Source of the DNA: Candidatus Aenigmatarchaeota archaeon
Lineage (GTDB): Archaea > Aenigmatarchaeota > Aenigmatarchaeia > QMZP01 > QMZT01
Assembly (NCBI GenBank): GCA_041489155.1
Contig: JBGPQP010000002.1
Coordinates: 1-64,000 of the forward strand
DNA: 64,000 nt
Direction: 5' to 3'
Shown: piece by piece, positions 28,882 to 38,069 of the stretch
How positions within the stretch are numbered: position 1 is the first letter of the stretch
How the letters are laid out: each line of letters starts with the position of its first letter
Program-made: the position numbers and the translations under genes
Notes under the pieces: model-generated
What the model was told of the DNA's origin: nothing
The model's database searches: none
Seen by the model: only the letters and a program-made list of their open reading frames with translations

Positions 28882-29883
28882 ATGTCTTCTGTGACAAAAA
28901 CGAGGAAGGACGACCACATACGCATATGTCTCGAGAAAGACGTGGAATTTGAGAAATCGAACGGCTTCGAGCGCTACGAACTCGAGCACAGGGCGCTGCC
29001 GGAGATCGAAAGGGCTGACATCAACCTGAGCACGACATTCCTTGGCAAGAAATTGTCGGCGCCACTTTTCATAGAGGCCATGACAGGCGGAACTAAAAAC
29101 GGCGAGAGAATAAACAAAAACCTCGCGAAGGCGGCGGAGGCGCTGGGCATAGGCATGGGTGTCGGGTCGCAGAGGGCGATGCTCGAAGACGTGAAACTCG
29201 CCAGGACTTATTTCGTACGTGATGTCGCGCCGGGCATTTTCCTGCTCGGCAACATAGGCGCCGCGCAGCTCGGGCAACATGATGCCGAAAGGATTCTGTT
29301 GCTCGCAGACACGATAAAGGCCGATGGCCTCGCAGTGCATCTTAACGTCGCGCAGGAGCTCGCGCAGAAGGAAGGAGACAGGTCGTGGAAAGGCATCTAC
29401 GCTGACATAGAAAAACTGTGCAAAAAGGCGAGGGTTCCGATAATAGTCAAGGAAACGGGATGCGGCATTTCAGGCAGCGTTTCGAAGGACCTGGTACGTG
29501 CGGGAGTGAAGGCGATAGATATCGCTGGCGCAGGCGGGACTTCTTGGGTGAAGGTCGATTCATACAGGAGCGACGAGGATGTCTCGCATCTCAAGGAATG
29601 GGGCATTCCAACCGCCGAAGCGCTTAGAGATGTCGCAGCGAGCGTGAAAGTCCCGCTCATCGCTTCTGGCGGCATAAGGAACGGCGTCGAGGTGGCGAAG
29701 GCGATAGCTATGGGCGCCTCGCTGGTGGGCCTGGCGCTGCCGCTTCTGAAACCGGCAAACGAGTCGCCGGGAAAGGTGAAGCAGTATCTGGATAGAATGC
29801 TCTCGCAGCTCAGAGATGCGATGTTCCTTGCCGGAGCGAGGAACATAAGCGAGCTGAAAAAAACAAGGATTATCAGAATCTGA
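28882..29883 (+). CDS. fni: Type 2 isopentenyl-diphosphate delta-isomerase
   Basis: RKDDHI, AMTGG, GVGSQR, VKETGCG, GAGGTSW, ASGGIRNG. Confidence 0.96.
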   Translation: MSSVTKTRKDDHIRICLEKDVEFEKSNGFERYELEHRALPEIERADINLSTTFLGKKLSAPLFIEAMTGGTKNGERINKNLAKAAEALGIGMGVGSQRAMLEDVKLARTYFVRDVAPGIFLLGNIGAAQLGQHDAERILLLADTIKADGLAVHLNVAQELAQKEGDRSWKGIYADIEKLCKKARVPIIVKETGCGISGSVSKDLVRAGVKAIDIAGAGGTSWVKVDSYRSDEDVSHLKEWGIPTAEALRDVAASVKVPLIASGGIRNGVEVAKAIAMGASLVGLALPLLKPANESPGKVKQYLDRMLSQLRDAMFLAGARNISELKKTRIIRI

Positions 29884-29899
29884 TTTTTTAGAATTTATT

Positions 29900-30286
29900 T
29901 CAGGCCCTCATGAACCTGTACCTTCTGGGCGCGAACCTGCCATTCGCTCCTTCATAGCCGCAGCGCTGGCATAGCATCTTGTAAAGGATTTTCCTGCCCT
30001 TTAGGTTCTTTGTGTAGACTTTCCTGAGCTTCGACGAGCAGGAAGGGCACTTGCTGATGTTTTTGCCTTTTCTTGTTTCGGTCACGATTCTGGTCCCGGG
30101 CATCTTTATGAAAACGTTCCTCAGGCGTTTTTGCGAGACTGAAAGGCCGGAATCGACCATCTTCAGGCGCATGTTGACAAGCTCTGTGAAGGCGCGCAGG
30201 GATTCTATGTCCTTGTGCTTCTGCATGACCTCTTTTATCACGAAGAATATAACATCCTTTTTCGCGACTTTCGCTCCTGCCCTCAT
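29900..30286 (-). CDS. Basic Zn-ribbon hypothetical protein
   Basis: CPSC...CQRCGY; C-terminal PRRYRF. Confidence 0.75.
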   Translation of the reverse strand: MRAGAKVAKKDVIFFVIKEVMQKHKDIESLRAFTELVNMRLKMVDSGLSVSQKRLRNVFIKMPGTRIVTETRKGKNISKCPSCSSKLRKVYTKNLKGRKILYKMLCQRCGYEGANGRFAPRRYRFMRA

Positions 30287-30310
30287 AGTAAAAGATTGAA
30301 GCCGGGATTT

Positions 30311-30619
30311 TTAAGATTTCGGGAAGCGGTGAAGATGCTTCTTCAGGTCGATTCTGCCGTTTTTTACGGCTATGCCGTCTTTTTCGAGAAGCGCGGTTTT
30401 TTTCCCGATGCCCCCTGCGCCGGAGTAGCCGCCGAGCGAGCCGTCGGAGCGCACGACCTTATAGCAAGGTATGTTTTTTGGGTCTTTGTTGTGTTTCATG
30501 AACATTGCTACGGCCCGCGGATGCGTGCCCGCTGTTTTAGCGAGCTCTCCGTAAGTTGTTATTTTTCCTGATGGAACTTTTCTGAGAAATGCGTAGGCCT
30601 TTTCCTTTTTCGCGTCCAT
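30311..30619 (-). CDS. MGMT-family methylated-DNA-protein cysteine methyltransferase (single domain)
   Basis: VPSGKITTYGELA, PRAVA, IPCYKVV, LGGYSG, LLEKDG. Confidence 0.88.
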   Translation of the reverse strand: MDAKKEKAYAFLRKVPSGKITTYGELAKTAGTHPRAVAMFMKHNKDPKNIPCYKVVRSDGSLGGYSGAGGIGKKTALLEKDGIAVKNGRIDLKKHLHRFPKS

Positions 30620-30672
30620 GTTTAAACATTTTTTGTTAGATTTATATCCACGAAACCAATTTATTAAATTGG

Positions 30673-31251
30673 GTGGGGCCTATAATCAAGAATGCTGAAA
30701 CAAAGGATAGAATAGAGAAGGAAGACATGAAAAGGGCGATAAAGGAAAACGACATAATACTGGTCCTTGTGCCTAACGAGAAGTATTCGGAAAAAATAAA
30801 CGACGTCGCCGGAATAGCGGCGAATCTCAGCGAAAAGGTATGCTACGTTTCGGCAAACAAGCCCTACACGACTTTGGTCAAGAACTTCGAGAAAGCCAAA
30901 ATCGACACCAGCAAATTCTGCTTCATCGACTGCGTGACCAAAAGTCCATCGGGAACGAAAGCCGGCGGCAGGGTCGTCTGCGTCTCATCGCCGAAGGCCC
31001 TGACCGAAATGAACATAGCCATGAAAAAGCTCCTGGAGGCGAACAAGCCGGGCATAACGGTCTTCGATTCCCTGTCAACGCTGCTGATATACGAAGACTC
31101 TTCAGTGGTTACAAGATTCGTGCACTCGATAATATCCGTTTTCCGCTCCCTTGGTTCCAAGGGCGTTCTCATTTCGCTGAAGGATGAAGTGAAAAACGAG
31201 CTGGTCAAAGACCTTGGCATGTTCGTGGACAAGGTCGTGGAAATGGGGTAA
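30673..31251 (+). CDS. Inactivated KaiC/RecA-like ATPase domain protein
   Basis: CYVSANKPY, FIDC, VFDSLSTLLIY, DKVVE; no Walker A. Confidence 0.75.
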   Translation: MGPIIKNAETKDRIEKEDMKRAIKENDIILVLVPNEKYSEKINDVAGIAANLSEKVCYVSANKPYTTLVKNFEKAKIDTSKFCFIDCVTKSPSGTKAGGRVVCVSSPKALTEMNIAMKKLLEANKPGITVFDSLSTLLIYEDSSVVTRFVHSIISVFRSLGSKGVLISLKDEVKNELVKDLGMFVDKVVEMG

Positions 31252-31266
31252 GGTTTTGGTGATCAA

Positions 31267-32547
31267 ATGCCAAAGGATAGTCCGGAAAATTATAAAAGAA
31301 CGATAGAAAAAGGCATCGTAGAGACAGTGCGGGAGCCTTTGATAGTGCTGGATGCTGACCTAAAGGTAATCTCAGCCAACAAATCCTTCTACCGGAGCTT
31401 TAAAGTTAACCCTAAGGAAACCCAAGGCCGGTTAATTTACGATTTGGGCAACCGACAGTGGAACATCCCCAAACTGCGAAAGCTCCTGGAGGAGATACTT
31501 CCCAAGAGCACCACAATTGAGAACTACGAGGTTGAGCACGACTTTAAGACCATTGGACCGAAAAGAATGCTTTTAAATGCCCGCCGCATTGAGTCCACGC
31601 AGATGATCCTCCTTGCCATCGAGGACATCACCGAGCGCAAGAAGGTTGAACAAATAACAGCAGAAAAAATGAAACTGGAATCTTACATTGAAGGCATGAG
31701 CGACGGTGTTGTAATCCTCAACCTCAAAGGCGGAGTTATTGATGTAAATAAATCCTACAGCAGAATGTCTGGACGGGAAAAAGGCGAGGTAGTGGGCAAA
31801 TTAGCCTTTTCAGTAGGAGATTTGCCAAAGAAAGAGTTTCTAGGAGCTCTTTCAATGATAAAAGAAATAATCCAGAAAGGCTCTATAGAAAACAGGGAAC
31901 TCACCCTGTTAAATAAAGAGAAAAAGGAAGTTTCTATTCTATTTAGCGCTGCTTTAATAAAAGATAGCCGCGGTAAACCAGAAAGCATATTTGCTGTTTT
32001 TAAAGACATCACCGAGCGCAAGCGGACGGAGGAGGCGTTGAGGAGGAGCGAAGCTCATCTTAAGGAAGCGCAGTCGCTGGGGCGAATTGGAAGTTGGGAA
32101 TTTGATGTTGAAAAACAAACCATCGTCTGGTCCGAAGAGACCTATGGTTTGTACGAGCGTGACCCCAAGCTTGGTCCCCCTTCTCCAGAGGAAGAGGCAC
32201 GTTATTATTCAGCTGAACAGGCAAAAACATTAAGGGATTATGCCGCCAGAGCTATAGAAACCGGAAAGAAATTTTCTTACGACCTCACGGCAAAATTGCC
32301 CAGCGGGAGAACTGTTTACCTTGCTGCCACCATGCGGCCTGTAAAGGACGAGCGCGGACGGGTAGTTAAACTGTTTGGAACGGTGCAGGACATAACGAAC
32401 CGGAAAATTAAAGAGGAGGAGCTCAGGAAGAGAACGGAAGAGTCAGAGAGGTTCAGCAAGCTTTCTGTTGGCAGGGAGCTGAAGATGGTGGAGCTGAAGA
32501 AAAGGATAAGCGAACTGGAAAACCAAATAAAAGAGAAACCCAAATGA
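31267..32547 (+). CDS. Three-PAS/PAC sensor protein with C-terminal coiled coil and no kinase domain
   Basis: Three PAS domains ending DITERK/DITERK/DITNRK; GRELKMVELKK tail. Confidence 0.88.
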   Translation: MPKDSPENYKRTIEKGIVETVREPLIVLDADLKVISANKSFYRSFKVNPKETQGRLIYDLGNRQWNIPKLRKLLEEILPKSTTIENYEVEHDFKTIGPKRMLLNARRIESTQMILLAIEDITERKKVEQITAEKMKLESYIEGMSDGVVILNLKGGVIDVNKSYSRMSGREKGEVVGKLAFSVGDLPKKEFLGALSMIKEIIQKGSIENRELTLLNKEKKEVSILFSAALIKDSRGKPESIFAVFKDITERKRTEEALRRSEAHLKEAQSLGRIGSWEFDVEKQTIVWSEETYGLYERDPKLGPPSPEEEARYYSAEQAKTLRDYAARAIETGKKFSYDLTAKLPSGRTVYLAATMRPVKDERGRVVKLFGTVQDITNRKIKEEELRKRTEESERFSKLSVGRELKMVELKKRISELENQIKEKPK

Positions 32548-32620
32548 AGCCCAAGCAATGTTTAAACAAAGGCTATAATTTATATACAAACAAAACAATC
32601 CTATTAAGTAGGAGGCACTA

Positions 32621-33184
32621 ATGCCGGAGGGGAAAATGCCCAAAGAAAAAGCTGCAGAAAAGGATTCACCTTTTTCTATTAAGATTCTGATAGTTAGTTT
32701 TATTTTTGGTGTAATAGCATTGGGCGTGGTTTTGGGTGGATTACTCCTCCCAATCCCGGGTACAAATGTGAAAACAGACCCGCGCGAGCTATTCACAACC
32801 TACGGGGCTGCATTCTCTGGCCCGATTGGAGGGATAATCGTAGGCATTCTTGCTGGAATTGCAGAACCTAACGGAATTCCACTGGCAAGTCTGTTAGGCC
32901 ACATAGCTGGATGTTTGTGGATGGGTTTTGCCTACAAAAAAATCATTTACAAAAGATTTGCATCGAGTTATCTTATCTTTCCTGCATGGTTTGCCGCCAT
33001 TTTAATTTATTACTACGTGTTTGTTATACCGGGGTTTATCATAGGCCTGGCATGGTTTTATAATCAGCCCCTCCTCATTATGGAAATGCTTTTGGGCGGA
33101 CTGCCAGAAGCTTTATTGACCAGCATAGTTACAACACTGGCTTTGTTTGCAATACCAAAGGCCTATCGAAAACCTTTATGGTAA
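32621..33184 (+). CDS. Integral membrane protein (ECF S-component/5TM sensor-like)
   Basis: ~5 TM segments, DPRE motif, GPIGG. Confidence 0.7.
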   Translation: MPEGKMPKEKAAEKDSPFSIKILIVSFIFGVIALGVVLGGLLLPIPGTNVKTDPRELFTTYGAAFSGPIGGIIVGILAGIAEPNGIPLASLLGHIAGCLWMGFAYKKIIYKRFASSYLIFPAWFAAILIYYYVFVIPGFIIGLAWFYNQPLLIMEMLLGGLPEALLTSIVTTLALFAIPKAYRKPLW

Positions 33185-33212
33185 GTAGTATACTTTCGCT
33201 ATATGATACTAA

Positions 33213-34988
33213 ATGTCGCAAGTAAAAGGTAATGCAAAAAAATTTGTCTTTTTCCAGAGATTTAAAAACACAATAGCCACCAAATTAACCATATGGTTCC
33301 TTCTACTTTCGTTAGCCCCTCTTTTTATTTTGTTTGTTTTTGTCTGGAACAACGTTGATCAGCAATTTATTGAGATGACAACGCAAAATATGTATGAACA
33401 AACAAAATTATTGGGAACGGAAATTTCATTGCTGGACAATACGGATTCGATCAAAACTTTATTCATCCAAAACCACAGCAAAAAATTCGAGTCTTTCGTA
33501 GTAGGCACAAATGAAACTAATGTTGTTTATTTCGGCGAAAGGGGGAAATTTGATGAAATCTATAATAAAATTTCAACAGAAATTATACGTCAAATCTCAA
33601 TAAAAAGTGATGGGGTATTTGTCGATGCCGACAAAAAATGGGCCGCCGCTTTTTACAAAGTCCCCGGAAAGGAATTCATTGTAATATCATTCGTGGATAT
33701 ATCAGACGCCCTTTTGCCAGTTACTCAAATAGAGAACACCGGGCTTAGTCAAATTGGCGCGGCTCTTTTTGTTGCAGCAGTGGTTAGTGGTTTATTCATA
33801 TTTTTGACGCTGAAACCGATACAAGAGTTAGTCAAGTCAACTGAAAAGGTTAGGGCTGGAAATCTTGATATTCGCATTGATCCCTCAAGGTTTGAAGGTG
33901 AGATGGAAACCCTTGCAATTGGTTTCGAACAAATGATAAAGGATTTGAAAATATACCAGAACCAGATAAAAAAACACGGGGAGGAACTGGAACAGAAAGT
34001 TACAAAAAGGACGAAGGAATTGGACACGAAGATCAATGAGCTGACGGCCACGAAAACCGCGGTCCTTAACATGATGGAAGACACGGACGAAACCAACAAA
34101 AAGCTTGTAGAGACGCAGGAAGAACTTAAGAACAGCCTCGAGGAACTGAAGAGTCTGGACGTGAAAAAGGACGAGTTCATATCGATTGCGGCTCACGAAC
34201 TGAAAACGCCGTTAACCTCTATTCACGGATTTTCCCAGTTGTTGCAGAACAGGGATGTCGCGAAGAATCCTGAAAAAAGGGAGAAATACCTTAAAATCAT
34301 GGACAGCGAAACCAAAAGGCTCGCGAAACTCGTGACCGACATACTCGACCTCTCTAGGATAGATTTGGGGACCCTTAAGCTGAATTTCGAGGAAGTTGAG
34401 ATAAGCAGGTTAATGGAAGACGTGAGAAGGGAGATGAACGTTCAGATGAAGAAGAGGGGTTTGAAATCGGAGTACGACCTAGAGAAGGGATTGCCGGACA
34501 TCGTGACTGACAAGGAAAGACTTACGGAAATCCTTCTGAATCTCATAAACAACGCGATTAAATACACGCCAAAAGGAAAGATAACGGTTAAAGTTTCTAG
34601 GGAAAACGATTTCGTACATTTCACAGTGAAGGACACGGGGATAGGGATAGAGAAGGAGTATTATGACAAGCTTTTCCAGAGATTCTACCAGATCGATTCT
34701 TCTTATACGAGGAAAGCCGGTGGCACAGGTCTCGGTCTCGCCCTTTGCAGGGAATTCGTGACGCTTCTCGGCGGGAAAATATGGTTTGAGAGCGAGGAAG
34801 GGAAAGGGAGCGAGTTCCATTTCATCCTCCCCTTAAAAGGCGTCAAAAAAGAAGTGATGAGCGAGGAAGAAAGGAAAGCCAGAGAGGCATTAAATAAATC
34901 AGAAAGAGTAAGTAAAAAATTGGAAAAACCGGGATTAGGCCTTAGCTTTTTCTTTAAAGTTTTTCCTGATTCCTTTATCTTTGGTTAA
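33213..34988 (+). CDS. Membrane sensor histidine kinase (2 TM, HAMP, HisKA, HATPase)
   Basis: AAHELKTPL H-box, NLINNAIKY, DTGIGI, FQRFYQ, GGTGLGL. Confidence 0.95.
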   Translation: MSQVKGNAKKFVFFQRFKNTIATKLTIWFLLLSLAPLFILFVFVWNNVDQQFIEMTTQNMYEQTKLLGTEISLLDNTDSIKTLFIQNHSKKFESFVVGTNETNVVYFGERGKFDEIYNKISTEIIRQISIKSDGVFVDADKKWAAAFYKVPGKEFIVISFVDISDALLPVTQIENTGLSQIGAALFVAAVVSGLFIFLTLKPIQELVKSTEKVRAGNLDIRIDPSRFEGEMETLAIGFEQMIKDLKIYQNQIKKHGEELEQKVTKRTKELDTKINELTATKTAVLNMMEDTDETNKKLVETQEELKNSLEELKSLDVKKDEFISIAAHELKTPLTSIHGFSQLLQNRDVAKNPEKREKYLKIMDSETKRLAKLVTDILDLSRIDLGTLKLNFEEVEISRLMEDVRREMNVQMKKRGLKSEYDLEKGLPDIVTDKERLTEILLNLINNAIKYTPKGKITVKVSRENDFVHFTVKDTGIGIEKEYYDKLFQRFYQIDSSYTRKAGGTGLGLALCREFVTLLGGKIWFESEEGKGSEFHFILPLKGVKKEVMSEEERKAREALNKSERVSKKLEKPGLGLSFFFKVFPDSFIFG

Positions 34989-35110
34989 ACATAAATAGGT
35001 AACCTTATGTGTTACAATTCATCTCCAGCTGAAGGCAGGGAGATTCTTGCTCCAAGTTATTTAAAATTCTTAAAAATCTATAAATTCTCGATGGTATTCT
35101 TTTAGGTTTG

Positions 35111-35482
35111 TTACCCAACAATTTTCTTTACCCTTCTTACGAGGTCTTCGTTGTCGAAAGGTTTGGTTATGTAATCAAGCACTTTCATTTTCTCAAGCAC
35201 ACCCTTGCCGGCTTCCGAGAATTTGGCGACCGTGAGAAACGCCACCTTCAGGTCCTTGGTCTTCGGGTCCTTCCTTATCCTTTCGCACACTTCCCTTCCG
35301 CTCATGTCAGGCATCATCATGTCGAGAAGTATGAGGTCAGGTTTAACGGTTTTCAGTTTTTCCAGACATTCCTTTCCGTCGGAAGCTGTTATCACTTCGT
35401 AGCCTTCGTTAGCGAGAATCGCCTCCACGAGCTGCAAAAGGCTATCTTCGTCGTCCACGACCATTATCCTTTTCTTGGTCAT
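35111..35482 (-). CDS. Stand-alone receiver (REC) response regulator
   Basis: VVDDE, LLDMMMP, FLTV, YITKPF. Confidence 0.95.
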   Translation of the reverse strand: MTKKRIMVVDDEDSLLQLVEAILANEGYEVITASDGKECLEKLKTVKPDLILLDMMMPDMSGREVCERIRKDPKTKDLKVAFLTVAKFSEAGKGVLEKMKVLDYITKPFDNEDLVRRVKKIVG

Positions 35483-35540
35483 AATTATCTTATTCGCTTT
35501 CCTTATTATATATTTTTCATGCTGTTCCTATTCTAGCCTT

Positions 35541-36092
35541 TCATCCCAAATCAAGCGTTTTGTCAGCAAACATTTCCAAGTCTTTCACCAGCTTCTGGTT
35601 CTCTTCCACGGGAATGGTATCGTGTTTTAGCACTATAAACAATTTCTTTATGTTCTCTTCTTTCTCGTCCGCCAGCAAATGATGCGTGAATTTGACCACA
35701 GAAGAAGTTTGCTGATAAATTAACATGGTCGAAATCGTATCGAAGAGTATCACGCTGCATTGCTTCTCCTCGATCGCTTTTCTTATCGCAACCCTTATCG
35801 CAGCTAAATTGTTGGGGGAGGTTATGAAGATACAGTTCTTGACAGGCTCCGGTTCCTTGTAATAAGACGTGAGAACATCAACGAAAAAGAAGTTTGATAT
35901 GTCAATTCCTTTATTCCCCAGCTCTTCCACGACATCGGTGTAAGGCTTGCTCAGGCAGACGTAGCATATTTTTGTCCTGGTTTTCTCTATGGATTTTATT
36001 ATCTCCTCAAGTTTCGAGAGACACTCCCTCTCCTCCATCAGAATTAGCAGGAATTTGTTGTTTTCAATCTCCTGAAGCAAGTTCACTGTCAT
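35541..36092 (-). CDS. Second inactivated KaiC/RecA-like domain protein
   Basis: CYVCLSKPY, FVDV, LFDTISTMLIY, FADKTL; paralogue of 30673..31251. Confidence 0.75.
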   Translation of the reverse strand: MTVNLLQEIENNKFLLILMEERECLSKLEEIIKSIEKTRTKICYVCLSKPYTDVVEELGNKGIDISNFFFVDVLTSYYKEPEPVKNCIFITSPNNLAAIRVAIRKAIEEKQCSVILFDTISTMLIYQQTSSVVKFTHHLLADEKEENIKKLFIVLKHDTIPVEENQKLVKDLEMFADKTLDLG

Positions 36093-36193
36093 AATAAGAG
36101 TAATTGGTGCCAGCGATTTATAAATTTTAAGCATAAATGTTTAAACATTAATAGAAAATTTAAATACTATTTAACTATATATATAATAAAGGT

Positions 36194-37015
36194 ATGTACA
36201 AATTTAAACATAAAAATATCTTATTCTTTCTTTCAGAACTTAGGAGATTCGTCAGAGTCGAAACTGATATGGTGGTAGTATGCATGGCCCTTTCAGGTTA
36301 TCTGATCTTCAATGCCCCGGCCTCCGACATGCTTTTCCTTGCTTCGGCTTTGTTCTTCGCAAGCGGCGCAGGCTACGCATATAACCATTACACGGATAAA
36401 GAGGAGGACATAATAAACAACAGATACCTGAACTTTTTTGCGACCAGCAAAAAGGGCTATTATATAGTGCTGGCTTGCGTGATCATTGGCATCGCGTCGG
36501 CAGCGCAGCTATCTCCGCTATCCTTCGGGATATACCTTATTTCCATGGCTGCCGGCATCGCCTACTCCGCCTTCAGGGTCAAGAAATTTTTCCCTATGAA
36601 AAACGTGTACTCAGGATTTTTCATGTCCACGTCATTCCTTATAGGGGCAACCGCAGGCAACCAGATTCTTTACGGAGTGATTCCATATTTCCTCCTGGTG
36701 TTTCTGATAGGTCTGACAGGGAATCTTCTCGGGGACGTGAGGGGACATGAGGGCGATAAAATCGCTGGAGTCAATACCATCCCCGTAAAACTGGGAACAA
36801 AAACAGCGAAAAGGATAATACACTTTAATTTTGGACTTTTTTCGCTCACGAGCATAATGTCCGGCTATGTGCTGCTGACGCCGATAATACCATCCCTCGC
36901 AGCGACATCGTTCTTCCTGAACAGGAATGATCACAGGAGAGCGAGGTCAAGCATGATATCAACGTTTTTGGTGCTGGTTGTTTTTTTGGCCGCCGTCAAA
37001 ATTACTGGTATTTGA
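36194..37015 (+). CDS. UbiA-family prenyltransferase
   Basis: NHYTDKEEDIIN and DVRGHEGDKIAGVNTIPV Asp-rich motifs; multi-TM. Confidence 0.85.
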   Translation: MYKFKHKNILFFLSELRRFVRVETDMVVVCMALSGYLIFNAPASDMLFLASALFFASGAGYAYNHYTDKEEDIINNRYLNFFATSKKGYYIVLACVIIGIASAAQLSPLSFGIYLISMAAGIAYSAFRVKKFFPMKNVYSGFFMSTSFLIGATAGNQILYGVIPYFLLVFLIGLTGNLLGDVRGHEGDKIAGVNTIPVKLGTKTAKRIIHFNFGLFSLTSIMSGYVLLTPIIPSLAATSFFLNRNDHRRARSSMISTFLVLVVFLAAVKITGI

Positions 37016-37016
37016 A

Positions 37017-38069
37017 ATGTGTGTTGTGACATTCGACTGGGAGCATAATGATGCCATGGAGAAGGTCAGGAATTATGCTATCAACAAGTCAATGGTATGG
37101 GCCGTTGTCGAGGTGACCGATAGCTGCAACCTTAACTGCATCTGGTGCTATGCAAACTCCGGCTGCAAGAGCGCGCCAAGGCACATGAGCCTCGGGAATC
37201 TGAAAAGCTTAATCAAAATTCTTGCGGATTCCGGCATAAAGCAGATAACCTATTCTGGCGGCGAGCCGACACTTTACCCGCATATCAAGGAAGGGGTAAG
37301 GATAGCGAAGGATTGTGGCATGGTCGTGCATATGAACACAAACGGGTTTGTGCTGGTTAAAAGCTTTGCAAAGGAGCTCAAAAGGGCAGGCCTCTCACAG
37401 ATACAGACAAACATAGACAGCCTTGACCGGGAAAAACACGACTATATAAGGGGCAGAAAGGGCTCCTTCGACAGGGCCGTCAGGGCCCTGAAGAACGGAA
37501 GGGAAGCTGGCCTGACCTGCACCTCCCAGACTGTTCTGACAAAAAAGAATGAAAATGAAATAATCGACATATTCAGGTTTGCGAGAAGCCTGAGCCTGCA
37601 GAGGTGCAGGGTATGGGACATGATGCCGGCAGAAGGCTGCGGGCTGAAAAACTCTGACATGAGGCCGACAAACTACTTAAAAACCTTGTATGAGCTCACC
37701 CAATTCGCAGAGAGCACGGGAGGGAAACATATAGAATCAGGCGAGCCGTTTTTCCCGCTGAACCACAAAACAGGCATAAAGGTTTCGAATATTTCATGCG
37801 TGGCCATGCACGGCCTTTTGATCAACATTTCATACACCGGTGACGTTTATTACTGCGTCACGCAGAGAAAATCCATGCTTAATGTTTTCACGGAATCAGA
37901 AGGGGATCTGAAGGAGTCTTACAGGACGAAGCTGAAGGCCTTCCTGAATTCTATCAGGCTTCCGGAAAAATGCCTAAATTGCCAGCTGGTCGAGAAGTGT
38001 CGCGGAGGATGCTATACCAGGTGCATGCATACGGAAAACAAAGCGGATTACTGGTGCCCCGTGGCCTGA
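37017..38069 (+). CDS. Radical SAM protein with SPASM domain
   Basis: CNLNCIWC, SGGEP, C...GDVYYC, CLNCQLVEKCRGGC, DYWC. Confidence 0.92.
   Translation: MCVVTFDWEHNDAMEKVRNYAINKSMVWAVVEVTDSCNLNCIWCYANSGCKSAPRHMSLGNLKSLIKILADSGIKQITYSGGEPTLYPHIKEGVRIAKDCGMVVHMNTNGFVLVKSFAKELKRAGLSQIQTNIDSLDREKHDYIRGRKGSFDRAVRALKNGREAGLTCTSQTVLTKKNENEIIDIFRFARSLSLQRCRVWDMMPAEGCGLKNSDMRPTNYLKTLYELTQFAESTGGKHIESGEPFFPLNHKTGIKVSNISCVAMHGLLINISYTGDVYYCVTQRKSMLNVFTESEGDLKESYRTKLKAFLNSIRLPEKCLNCQLVEKCRGGCYTRCMHTENKADYWCPVA

Noticed and set aside
36978..38069. RiPP cluster around the SPASM enzyme
   Set aside because: No precursor peptide, RRE/PqqD domain, peptidase or exporter is visible nearby.
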